From Squalus acanthias (lineage: Eukaryota), in assembly GCA_030390025.1 (NCBI GenBank), contig CM059430.1:153512001-153576000 (forward strand): 64,000 nt of DNA. Direction: 5' to 3'. Shown piece by piece: positions 24,942-36,191 of the stretch. Within the stretch, counting starts at the first letter, position 1. Every line of letters begins with the position of its first letter. The position numbers and the translations under genes are program-made. Under the pieces are notes generated by a model. It saw only the letters and a program-made list of their open reading frames with translations, searched no databases and was not told the DNA's origin.

Positions 24942-25732
24942 ACATAGAAACATAGAAACATAGAAGATAGGAGCAGGAGTAGGCCATTCGGCCCCTCGAG
25001 CCTGCTCCGCCATTCGATGAGATCATGGCTGATCATCTAAACTCAGTACCCTGTACCTGCCTTCTCCCCATATCCCTTGATACCTTTAGCTTTAAGAAAT
25101 ATATCTAACTCAACCTTGAATATATTTAATGACTTCGCCTCAACTACCTTCTGTGGTAGAGAATTCCACAGGTTCACCACTCTCTGGGTGAAGAAATTCT
25201 TCCTCATTTCTGTCCTAAATGGTTTACCCGTTATCCGTAGATTATGACCCCTGGTTCTGGACTCTCCGACCATCGGGAACATTCTTCCTGCATCTAGTTT
25301 GTCCAGACCTGTCAGAATTTTATATGTTTCGATGAGATCCCCTCTCATTCTTCTATACTCCAGTGAGTATAAGCCCAATCGACCCAATCTCTCCTCATAT
25401 GTCATTCCTGCCATCCCAGGTATCAGCCTTGTGAATCTTCGCTGAACTCCTTCCATGGCAAGAACATCCTTCCTCAGATAAGGCGACCAAAACTGCACAC
25501 AGTACTCAAGGTGTGGTCTCACCAAGGCCCTGTACAACTGCAGCAGGACATCCCTGCTCCTATACTCAAACCCTTTCGCTATGAAGGCCAACATACCATT
25601 TGCCTTCTTCACCGCCTGCTGCACCTGCATGCTTACTTTCAGCGACTGGTGCACAAGGACACCCAGGTCTCGTTGCACTTCCCCTTCTCCCAATCTATTG
25701 CCATTCAGATAATAGTCTGCCTTTCTGTTTTT
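24942..25732 (-). mobile_element. Young CR1 LINE 3' fragment
   Basis: Uninterrupted 216-aa ORF2 C-terminus (LVRPHLEYCVQFWSP...NFFTQRVVNLWNSLP); (CATAGAAA)n tail. Confidence 0.92.
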
Positions 25733-26694
25733 GACATGTCAATGTCAACACAATATTGATATCTACTCATTTTTGCTTGCAAGCAAGGAAAGAAAATAGA
25801 TATGTGCACTGCTATATTTGCAGGATCTTTTATTGCGTTTTTGGGAACTTTTACTAAAGATCTACCATGCCGGGAAAGATTGGCTGGATGACAGTTAGTA
25901 CCAAGTAAATCTTTCCTGTATGTGCTTCTCATTAAACAACTAGCAAAACTCAAAAAATATCCAATGCTACCTACCCTGATCAGTAGAGGGCAAGAGTGTA
26001 CCATTCTCAGATAATGGTATTGCTATCCTAAAAATGCAAAACATATTCAAGCCTTTTTTTTCCAAATTTTTCCCTTCTTTTGAGGGCAGTGACTCATGCT
26101 GGGCACAGTTCCATGGGCACCTGAAGTTCTTGGGTATCTTGTCTAAGTGGCCTTCCTTCACATGAGACTAGACATTGAGTCCTGACTCTCCATCTCTTAG
26201 AATGTGGGGTTGGAGTCTGGCCTTAATGGCAATTCAGTGCTCTTTATAGCAGATGTCACCAGTTGACTTTTCCCTTTCCTAACCCAGAACACTAAAGGCA
26301 ATTGCAGTGGCTTGGCACTAGCCAAACGGTGATCAGCAAAGATCAGAAATCAATCCTGTAGGAGGAGGTTGGTGTCAATGTGATCTATTTCATAGAATAA
26401 TAAAAAGTTTTAAAAATAAATCTTAAACAATATGTGCTGCAGAGTTGGAAGAGATGCTGAGTTGGCACTGATGTACTGGAGACACCAGCCAAACAGGTGG
26501 AGGACAAGGAGTTCATCTGGAATACTGTCACTGTTTGATTGGAGTCTCAGGAATAGGAAATGAAAGGGAGGGCAGATGATTTTTTTCCAATATGAAGAAA
26601 TATTAAGAAGAGAAATATATATTAAATTATATTTTTAAAATGTGGAAAAATTAAATTTAAAAATTAGAACATTATTGGTTTGTAATGAGAAAGA

Positions 26695-27055
26695 CAAAAG
26701 AAAGACTTGCATTTATATAGCGCCTTTCACAACCACCGGATGTCCCAAAGCACTTTACAGCCAATGAAGTACTTTTTGAAGTGTAGCACTGTTGTAATGT
26801 GGGAAACGCGGCAGCCAATTTGTGCACAGCAAACTCCCACAAACAGCAATGTGACCAGATAATCTGTTTTAGTGATGTTGATTGAGGGATAAACATTGGC
26901 CAGGACACCGAGGATAACCCCCCTGCCCTTCTTCAAAATAGTGCCATGGAATCTTTTATGTCCATCTGAGAGAACAGGTCTGGCCTCGGTTTAACGTCTC
27001 ATCAGAAAGATGGCACCTCTGACAGTGCAGCACTCCCTCAGCACTGCACTGGAGG
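26695..27055 (-). mobile_element. DeuSINE (SacSINE1-like), 5'-truncated
   Basis: Reverse complement of 28350-28710. Confidence 0.85.
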
Positions 27056-27744
27056 CACAATTTTTGAAACAGGTGAGCATTGTCTCACTTAATGTCTAAT
27101 GAGTTGGGTATAGTCTCATAGGAAAGCTTGGGTCTTGCAGACGCTGATAATGTGACCCATGGCACCTTTAAAAAATATTATTGAATATATAGTCCTCTTA
27201 CCATTTCTCCCTATTGCAAAAAATCATCTTTACTTCTTTATAATTACCCTTCCTGCAGTTCCTATTAAACAGTGACAGTATTCCAGATGAACCCTCTCGT
27301 CCTCCACCTGTTTAGCAGGAGTCTCTAGTTCATTAATGCCAACTCCTTTACAAAAAGTGATCTTCCCCCCTGTAACCAAACTGGAATAATCACTTTTAAA
27401 AGATCTAATTAACGACCTGAGTCAGTGAACAGACAAAAATTAAGCATTTTATCATTGGTTGCACCAGTGTACATTGATCAGTGAGTTGCATTATCCTGCT
27501 GCTTAGAGATTAAACAATACTGAGTACTGATCAAAGGACAGTTTAACAGGAGTGTAACTCCATTGAGATATATAATAAGTGAACTGCGACACTGGATTTT
27601 TTCATCACAACTAAATGTTCACTTTTTCCTTGTTCACTATAAGAGAGTTTCATTATATATGTTGAGGCAGAATGGATATACCTGTCATCACTATGTGTTT
27701 GTGAATATTATTAACAGCATGCTTCTTTTTCAACTTTCAGTCAG

Positions 27745-28254
27745 ATATATCATAGCCCCTCCTCAAAATTCCCACCCTGAACCCCTCTGTCCTTGCAAAC
27801 TACTGACCCATCTTCAACCACCCTAACCGTTCCAAAGTCCTTGGACGCATTGTCCCCTCAGAAATCTGTGCCATCTCTCTCACAATTCCCTGTTTGAATC
27901 TCTCCAATCAGGCTTCTGCCCCGCCACAGCACCAAAACGGCCCTAACCAAAGACACAATCAACATTCTCCCTGACTGTGACTGTGGTGCACTATCCCATC
28001 CTCAACCTCTCTGCAGCATTTAATAGGTCAACCACACCATCATCCTCCAATGCCCCTCCTCCATTGTTCAGCTCAGTAGGACTGCCCTTGCTTGGTTAAA
28101 CTCTCACTTATCCAATCATAGCCAGAGCATTTCCAGCAATGGCTTCTCTTCCTCCTCCCACACAGATACCTCCAAGAATCTATCCTTGGCCCCCTCATCT
28201 ACAAGTTGTCACTTGGCGACATCATCCGCAGACATGGGGTTAGGTTCCACATGT
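27745..28254 (+). mobile_element. Degenerate L2 RT fragment
   Basis: CTCCAATCAGGCTTCTGCCCC..CACAGCACC (QSGF..HST) and CTCAACCTCTCTGCAGCATTT (DLSAAF-like) motifs. Confidence 0.7.
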
Positions 28255-28712
28255 ATGTGGCTCAGTTGGTAGCACACTCGCCTCTGAGTCAGAAGGTTGT
28301 GGGTTCATGTCCCACTCCAGGGACTTGAGCACATAAAGCTAGGCTGACACTCCAGTGCAGTGCTGAGGGAGTGTTGCACTGTTGGAGGTGCCGTCTTTCA
28401 GTTGAGACGTTAAACCGAGGCCCCATCTGTTCTCTCAGGTGGATGTAAAAGATCCCATAGCACCATTTCGAAGAAGAGTAGGGGAGTTATCCCTGGTGTC
28501 CTGGCCAATATTTATCCCTCAACCAACGTAACAAAAAACAGATTATCTGGTTATTATCACATTGCTGTTTGTGGGACCTTGCTGTGTGCAAATTGGCTGC
28601 TGCGTTTCCCACATTACAACAGTGACATTACTTCATTGGCTGTAAAGCACTTTGAGACGTCCGGTGGTCGTGAAAGGCGCTATATAATTGCAATTATTTC
28701 TTTTTTCTTTTC
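28255..28712 (+). mobile_element. DeuSINE (SacSINE1-like), near full length
   Basis: tRNA head (TGGCTCAGTTGG; GGTTCATGTCC), Deu-domain GCACTGTTGGAGGTGCCGTCTTTCAG..GAGACGTTAAACCGAGGCCCC, L2-type tail. Confidence 0.88.
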
Positions 28713-29042
28713 TCAAACCTCTCCTCCAGAAACAAAAAGTTAACTACTCTTGTAACAGTGATTCCAGAGTTCTCCAGAGACACACACAGACTATTGAAAT
28801 TCAGCAATCACACAGCACTCACTGATATACTGGAAAGCTCTACGAATCAGTAACAAATCACTAATTTCATTAACTATCTTTTATAAATGATGTGTACTCT
28901 TAAAATAATAAAACTGTAACTTAACTTAAAACATTAAAAGAACCTTAACAACTTAAATTAAAATTGTATTCCCGGGCGTGATGATGATAAATTATGAGAA
29001 GTCGCACAACACCAGGTTATAGTCCAACAGTTTTATTTGAAA

Positions 29043-29079
29043 TCACAAGCTTTCGGAGCGCTGCTCCTTCGTCAGGTGA
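29043..29079 (-). ncRNA. Hammerhead ribozyme motif (family B), intact
   Basis: Minus strand: TCAC-CTGACGA-A-GGAGC(AGC)GCTCC-GAAA-GC-TT-GTGA. Confidence 0.82.
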
Positions 29080-29268
29080 AGTGAAGGAATACAAAATCGA
29101 CAAAGCATATATAGATAGAGAACAATGCCTGTGTAACTTACAATGGCAGACGACTACATTTAATCCTCCTGACTGTTTAAATGATTAAATGTAGTCCTCT
29201 GCCATTGTAAGTTACACATGCATTGTTCTCTATCTATATATGCTTTGTCGATTTTGTATTCCTTCACT

Positions 29269-29306
29269 TTACCTGACGAAGGAGCAGCCGCTCCGAAAGC
29301 TTGTGA
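29269..29306 (+). ncRNA. Hammerhead ribozyme motif (family B)
   Basis: TTAC-CTGACGA-A-GGAGC(AGCC)GCTCC-GAAA-GC-TT-GTGA. Confidence 0.8.
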
Positions 29307-29649
29307 TTTCAAATAAAACTATTGGACTATAACCTGGTGTTGTGCGACTTCTCACTTTTGTCCACCCCAGTCCAACACCGGCATCTCCGCATCATGATAA
29401 ATTATGTGTAACTCACTTCCAGGGATCTGTCATTTCCTTTGCAACACGCCCAGAGATCGTTCTTTCTCGATATAATCTTCTCCTGAGGTCAGATCATACT
29501 CTGTGTAATTCATTCCTCGAGTTCTGTGAAATTCACTCCCAGACATTTGTTATTCTCTATACAACTCACTCCCAAGGATCTATCATTCTTCATGCAACGC
29601 CTTCCCAGTCATTATATTTATACATAAAAAAGGACGTGAATGCTGACAA

Positions 29650-29772
29650 CGAACCGGAAGCGGACTGCGCATGCGCGTTACCGGTTCCGTGACGTCGTGG
29701 GTTTGTTAAAAAACATTAAATACCGGGAGAGAGCGGGCTGTGGGAAAAAATACCGGGAGAGAGCGTGCTGTT
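29650..29772. promoter_or_regulatory. CpG-rich ETS/NRF1/CRE motif cluster (candidate promoter)
   Basis: CCGGAAG 29654-29660, TGCGCATGCGC 29666-29676, TGACGTC 29690-29696, then duplicated AAATACCGGGAGAGAGCG(G/T)GCTGT. Confidence 0.45.
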
Positions 29773-30520
29773 GACCTATATACAGAATCAACTTCTCTCT
29801 ATACTCAACAATGTACATTGACTCATTAACTTAGGAGAGCTTCCTTCCCCCACTGTGGTGTTTCCTTTTCCCACGAGTCATTCTTGTGAATTCTCCTCAT
29901 AAGATTACCAATTTAGGGATAGTTCACACAAAGTTATTGACTCTTTTGTGCCATGGGCTCATGCTCACTCGGATCTGAATTAAGGCTGCACCTTGAATTT
30001 TTTTTTGGGTGGTTGAAAATCAATTGTTGCTGAGGACACTGGGAGAACTCCCTGATCTTCATTGGAAAAAGTACAATGGGACCTTTTACAGATAGAGCCT
30101 CGGTTTAATACCATATCCAAAAGACATAGTACTGCTTCCCACTTCATATCCCACGGGATATGGAGTGTCATGGATTCCAACTGGAGGGTGAGTGCAGCTT
30201 TGGTGGAACGGGAAGGCAGGTTTCATCCCATTGTACTCCTGCTGAGAGGGAGTCGGCAGCACTACTCGTCTGTTTCATTCCCTTCTAGAAGACCAGCTGT
30301 TTCTGCTGCAAGGTTTTCTGGAGGTGTGCACATTTCATTCATAGTGCTCATTTCACTCAATGTGACTGGGCTGTATTTGGGAGGGAGGGTTACAGTCAGA
30401 CCTCAGCCAGCCCACCTTACAACAACCTAAAGTGCTAGTAAAAGATCATAGGGCTTTTGAGACTGATTATGCCGGCATTCCTTCAACCAACAGGCCACAG
30501 CAAACCAGGAGACACTCAAT

Positions 30521-31412
30521 GGGGGAAAAATTCAGTATCGCCCCATTTGGGGAGCCATTATCGGCCGTGCGCAAAGTTTAGCGCCTGGCGCTAATTATCG
30601 CCTCTGACTGCAAACTTGGCTTTTATCGCCCCTGGAGGTGATTGGAGCGCTAAATCAGGCGCTACACACCTGTCTTAAGGTGCAAAGGCTGAGGAACGAG
30701 ACGCTAACTCAGAGCACTGGCGAAGCTCATGTGATGTCAGTCAGCAACGGAACACAGACACACTGGCGCCTGCCAGTTCTTAAAGGGGATGGTCGATCTT
30801 GATCTACATCCACACCCTGCTCATTGCAGCCTTGAATCTCGGCCTGGAGAGACCTGTACACCAACTCTGTTGGAAAGAACAATGGAGAGGCCCAGGGAAA
30901 GAGCTCAGACTGCAGCCCCCATATTCTCTTCTAAATCGATGCAAGGAAGATCAAACCAGAAAGAAGCTGCAAAGTGCTGCTTAGTACCCAAAACTCCTCA
31001 ACACAGCTTTGAATATTTCCTGCAGTCTCTCTCTCTCACTCAGAATGCGTGGTGCAAAAATTTCGCCAACAAATAAAGGCAGAAAGTGGTCGCCTTTAAA
31101 TAGCGCTCCCCCAGTCCCTTCCTGACTGCAAAACGCTCCCCTCAACCCGTCGTTGCTAGCGGCAGGCGGTAAGACAGGGGGCGCCACTCAATATCTGGTC
31201 GGGGCGCTACCGGGGCGTTGCACTCTCGACTGATGTCACGATCGGCCGGCGCAGGAGATCGTGGTGGTAGTGTTTAGCATCGCCTGCAAAATGTCTAGTT
31301 AATTTCGTGAGCGGCGCAAACATCGCCGCACATGGGTGCTAGTTGCTTTGCGCCCCATTAGCGCCCTCTTAAGGCGCTAACGGGAGGCGCAATCCAACTG
31401 AATTTTTCCCCC
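30521..31412. mobile_element. Harbinger/PIF-type MITE
   Basis: Perfect 16-bp TIR GGGGGAAAAATTCAGT, TSD AAT on both sides, CpG-rich with repeated GGCGCTA/TAGCGCC motifs. Confidence 0.9.
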
Positions 31413-31479
31413 AATGTCTCCCATCAAAAGTCAGCGTTTCCAGCACCTGTTCCCACCAAGCCCTGGCTGCAGGGAATGG

Positions 31480-31594
31480 TGCTGCTGCCTTTAACCTTTC
31501 CCTACATTACAAAAGTGACTACACTTCAAAAGTACTTAATTGGCTGTAAAACACTTTGGGATATCCTGAGGTTGTGAAAGGCGCTAGATAAATG
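31480..31594 (+). mobile_element. DeuSINE/L2 3' tail fragment
   Basis: CCTACATTACAAAAGTGACTACACTTCAAAAGTACTTAATTGGCTGTAAAACACTTTGGG, as in 28600-28690. Confidence 0.7.
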
Positions 31595-32251
31595 TAAGTA
31601 ACATTTGTGCCACACAAGTCCCAGGCAATGACCACCTCCAACAAAAGAAAGTCTAACCACCTCCCCTTGACATTCAATGGCATTACCATCATTGTATCCC
31701 CCTCCATCAACATCCTGGGGGGTCACCGTTGACCAGAAACTTAACTGGACCAGCCATATAAATACTGTGGTTTCAAGAGCAGGTCAGAGGCTGGGTATTC
31801 TGCGGTGAGTGTCTCACCTCCTGACTCCCCAAAGCCTTTCCACCATCTACAAGGCACAAGTCAGGAGTGTGATGGAATACTCTCATTTTCCCGGATGAGT
31901 GCAGCTCCAACAACACTCAAGAAGCTCAATAGCATCCAGGACAAAGCAGCCCGCTTGATTGGCACCCCATCCACCACCTTAAACATTCACTCCCTCCACC
32001 ACCGGCGCACCGTAGCTGCAGTGTGTACCATCTACAAGATGCACTGCAGCGACTCGCCAAGGCCTCTTCGGCAGCACCTCCCAACCCCACGACCTCGTCC
32101 ACCTAGAAGGACAAGGGCAGCAGGCGCATGGGAACACCACCACCTCCAAGTTCCCCATCAAGTCACACACCATCCTGACTTGGAAATGTATCGCTGCTCC
32201 TTCATTGTTGCTGGGTCAAAACCCTGGAACTCCCTCCCTAACAGCACTGTG
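31595..32251 (+). mobile_element. LINE fragment of the same family as 10990-13347
   Basis: Near-identical to 12555-13212 (MSAAPTTLKKL...ARLIGTPSTTLNIHSLHHRRTVAAVC). Confidence 0.9.
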
Positions 32252-33040
32252 GCCAAAGAGAAAGAGATTGGCATAAATGGAGAAACAGCAGTGGAAGAGA
32301 AAGACAGCTGTGAAGGAGGAGAAAGGGACACGCACGAATGAAAGCGGAGAAAGGACGAGAGATGTCAATAACAGAAACAAAGACAGAGGTGAAATGGCAT
32401 GGTTGGATGATTCCAAGAAGTATAAAATAGACTGGGAGTTGGAGGTGACTAATCATGATTTTGCCGGACTCAGAAGTAATCTAATCATATTTGACCCACT
32501 CACTAGTTGAGGCGCACAGATGTAGTTCACTGCGCTTCAAAGTTGGAGACCCTCACAGGCAGCAGAGAGAAGCAGTCGTCTCCCGTCAACCTGGCCTAGA
32601 GTCAAACTCAAGACCCAGAACAAAATGATAGTGTTTTACTCACTGTGACACTGGAGACCTAACTCACGTTGTCTAGTAAACTGGGAGGAGATAGTTCCCA
32701 AATGCTTAGTTTTTTTTTAAGATCCTGGTTACTGTGCAACACTTTAAAGATCTATCCTAATTGTTTATATTGTTTAGATAAATATTTACAGAAAACTAGT
32801 AAACTCGGTTTAAAGTCCCCGTCCTATACATCGTATTCTCTGAAAACTTTTTTTTTACTTAAGGTTTCCTTAAAATGTAATGGTTGTTTGCTGTTCCCTG
32901 AATTTTACCTCTATTTAGTAAATAAAATAATAGAGTATGTTCTGTCGCCATATATATTCAAGATGTCCTCGTAATGTGAGCAGCATCATGAACAATAAAC
33001 ATTTGGAACATTCAAAAGATCGCCTGACTATCACGATTAC

Positions 33041-33500
33041 CTTGCGAGCAGAAGATGACATTAATCAGAACAGATCACAGAATGTATCTGACACCAGCCT
33101 CTTCAGTCCTGTAGGTAAAGGGTCTCCTAGCACTTCCCTGGCCGCTTGACAATCATTTCTCGAATCTCATTGAGCCTTTGTCCTTGAACTTAAATAAAAA
33201 AGCTGTGTTTAAAAGAAAAAAACGTTCTTCTTTCCAAATTGCGTCTGCGGACCTTCAACATTAACCAGACCGAAAGGGAAAGCTGCGCTTAAACGCTGTC
33301 GCATCTGATCCTCTTGTCTTTATTTTAGCATTTTAAAGTTCAATAGTCTTGAAGTCCGGCTGCTTGATTCGTTGCCTGATGACTGCATCCTTGAAGATAA
33401 CTCTAACTCTTTGACAGTGAAGTTGGGAAATGAGTGAGTGACGGTGCCACCAACCAATGGCACCGTTCACCCAGCTCGGGACTCTTTCTAAATATAAACA
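33041..33500 (-). promoter_or_regulatory. Candidate non-coding first exon/promoter of the connexin gene
   Basis: Non-repeat-looking, CpG-containing region; minus-strand donor AAG|GTAATC at 33040; MEF2/TATA-like CTAAATATAA at ~33487; E-box CAGCTG at ~33666. The assignment is inference. Confidence 0.25.
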
Positions 33501-34177
33501 CGGCTTTTGCGTTGGTTTCAGCAGGGTGGGACTTGTCTTATCAATCCCAGGACAGGAATTCGGCTGAGTTGTCTGCTTTGGCTGCCGGGGTTACGATCTG
33601 CCTAAGACTAAGGCTCCCCTTCGGTTTAAAGCGCTGTCCTTCCCCCCCAGCCCGCTGGTTACATTCAGCTGCTTTGATAACGGACAGGGGTTAGGGAGCC
33701 TGCCAGAAATATACCCAGTAACTCCTTAAAGATACCGCTCGGCAGTACCTTTAAATTCTCACAGTGAAATCCCCTTTTTGAAATGTATTATACTATGGAG
33801 TTTTTTTTTACACACACTGTTTAAAGGAATTAACCGCTTAAAGTCACATCCTCCATCTCCACGCCCCTCCCCCAGGATTTACAGTATTTAACATTTATAA
33901 CTGTTAGCAATAAATAGCCAGACAGTAATCTCATCAAGTGACACATAAACCGCTAACGCTCAATTTCCATCTGTTTTTATTACCTACAGGCAGATCTACA
34001 GTAACGTTGCTCAGGCCCAGTTTAGAGTGCTGGCAATAAAGTGTAATGAGGAACGTGTAATACTTACTGAAAGCGCATTCCATAGGCAAGACTTGTATCA
34101 GAGAAGCAGGAATAACATTACCATTACTGTTGGAATGTTACAGCATTACCAACTCAAGGATTTATTTATGTCTGTCA

Positions 34178-34585
34178 GCTGTGGTTTAGTGGTAGCACTC
34201 TGGCCTCTGCGTCAGAATGGTTGCTGGTTCAAGTCCCACTCTACAGGCCTGAGCGCATCAGTCAGGCTGACACCTCAGCGCAGTACTGTGGGAGTGCTGC
34301 ACTGTCTTTCAGATGTGATGTTAAACTGAGGCCCTGTCTGCCCTTTCAGATGTATGTAAAAGATTTCAGGGCAACCTTCAAAGAAGAGCAGGGGAGTTAT
34401 CCTGGTCAATATTTATCCCTCAGCCAACATCTAGAATGTCAAAGTTCGTTTGATAACCCTCCTATGAAGCGCCTTGGGATGTTTTACTATGTTAAAGGTG
34501 CTATATAAATACAAATTATTGTTGTAAAGCGCTTTGGGTATCCTGAGGTCATGAAAGTTGCTGTAAATTCAAGTCTTTCTTTCTA
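34178..34585 (+). mobile_element. Diverged DeuSINE plus L2-type tails
   Basis: TGGTTTAGTGG/GGTTCAAGTCC boxes, GCTGACACCTCAGCGCAGTACTG, GTTAAACTGAGGCCC. Confidence 0.75.
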
Positions 34586-35375
34586 TAAATATAAATAGAG
34601 AATCTGCGTCTTGTGAGTGGTTTTATTCTAATTTGGTCTGCTCTTTTGCAAATATAGATGGCATGCTAGACACCAGCTGTCAACATATCCCATAACATTG
34701 ATATGTGATTAGAATAACCATTGTGATATATACATTGCAGATTTACAGAATGGTAATAAATAAGTGCAAATAATAAGTTCAATATATATACTATAAATAA
34801 TAGCCAATACATCAATATATGCATTATAAATAATGGCCAATATATCAATACTGTATATACATTATAAATAGTAGCCAGTAGATCAATATAATGAAAAGTT
34901 TTGTGCCTGACATATTTGTATGTTCTTAGAGTGCTCAAATTTCACATTGATTAAAAAGCCATCAAACAACAAAACACTTTAATATTTATTTTATTATCTC
35001 TCAACAATGTTTAAATAATCAACAGATTAAACTGTTCAATAATTCTAAAAATAAGCCCATTTCATTTACCAATCTCACCAACAACGTTTGCCTGCACAGC
35101 CCTCCCCTTTCTCAGAGCCTCAGATTATACAAGATGTTAATACAGTTAGGTATATAATAAATATGTTGTTTACATATTTAAAAACATTACAGTAGGTGTA
35201 TATTGCAAATTATATGGCAGCTTTATATATTTTCCAAATAAGGCAGCTGCGTACATTCCGTGGTAACTTATTTGCCCCCTTTTTTGGTTTCCCAGGGCTG
35301 TGCACCACTTGTGGCAGGAGGGCACATCAGCAAATATTAGTGACTAAGAGATGTATAAAATTATGCCAGTGACAA

Positions 35376-35822
35376 TAAGAACATAAGAAATAGGAGCAGT
35401 AGGCGGCCATTCGGCCCTTCGAGCCTTCAATGAGATCATGGCTGATCTTCTGCCTCAACCCCATTCACCGGCCCTATCGCCCTATCCCTTGATGCCCTTA
35501 CTAGTCAGAAATCTATCGACTTCTGTTTTGAATATACCCAATGACTGAGCCTCCACAGCCCTCTGGGGCAGAGAATTCCAAAGATTCACCACCCTCTGTG
35601 TGAAGAAATTTCTTCTCATCTCAGTCCTGAATGGCCTACCCTTTATCCTGAGGCTGTGGCCCCTGGTTCTAGACTCCCCAGCCAAGGGAAACACTCTCCC
35701 AGCATCCACCCTATCAAGCCCTGTAATAATTTTGTATACTTCAATGAGATCCCCTCTCATTCTTCTGAATTCAAGAGAATACAGGCCTAGTTTACTCAAT
35801 CTCTTCTCATACGACAGTTCCT
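35376..35822 (-). mobile_element. CR1 LINE 3' fragment
   Basis: ORF LGLYSLEFRRMRGDLIEVYK...NFFTQRVVNLWNSLP. Confidence 0.9.
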
Positions 35823-36191
35823 TTTCCTTGTGCAGAAATGCTCAGCCTCTACTCAGCACTTCCGCATGGTGACAATGCAGAGAGCAGGGCCGGAATCTTT
35901 ACCTGAGCATCGGGGCGGGTGCGTGCGGGCCGCATAGCGTGTCACCATCCCGAACTTTTCAACAGCGCGTTCCGCACTGCGCGTTTAACTCAATTACATC
36001 AATTGAAACAATCACGCAGGTTCCCCGGCCTAATTAAATGGAGCGGGTTTGATGATGTCACCAATGACTCGTTTTCAGCACAGATATTTAAAGCAGCCTT
36101 GCACACATCCCAGTTGAAGATTGTTGTAGGAGAGATAAAGGTGTTTGGGAGAGCTACAAATTGGTGAATATCACTGATATTTGTGTGGGTC

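Larger units (their letters stand above)
28994..29396 (+). mobile_element. Foldback mini-PLE (family B) with two opposed hammerheads
   Basis: ~171-bp inverted arms 28995-29165 / 29183-29354, 17-nt loop, ~42-bp tail; TSD ATGATAAATTATG (28984-28996, 29394-29406). The arms match the 3' UTR of the PLE at 45640-45790. Confidence 0.92.

Noticed and set aside
28752-29930. Solo LTR around the promoter-like cluster
   Set aside because: TG and CA candidates exist, but I could not find a matching TSD.
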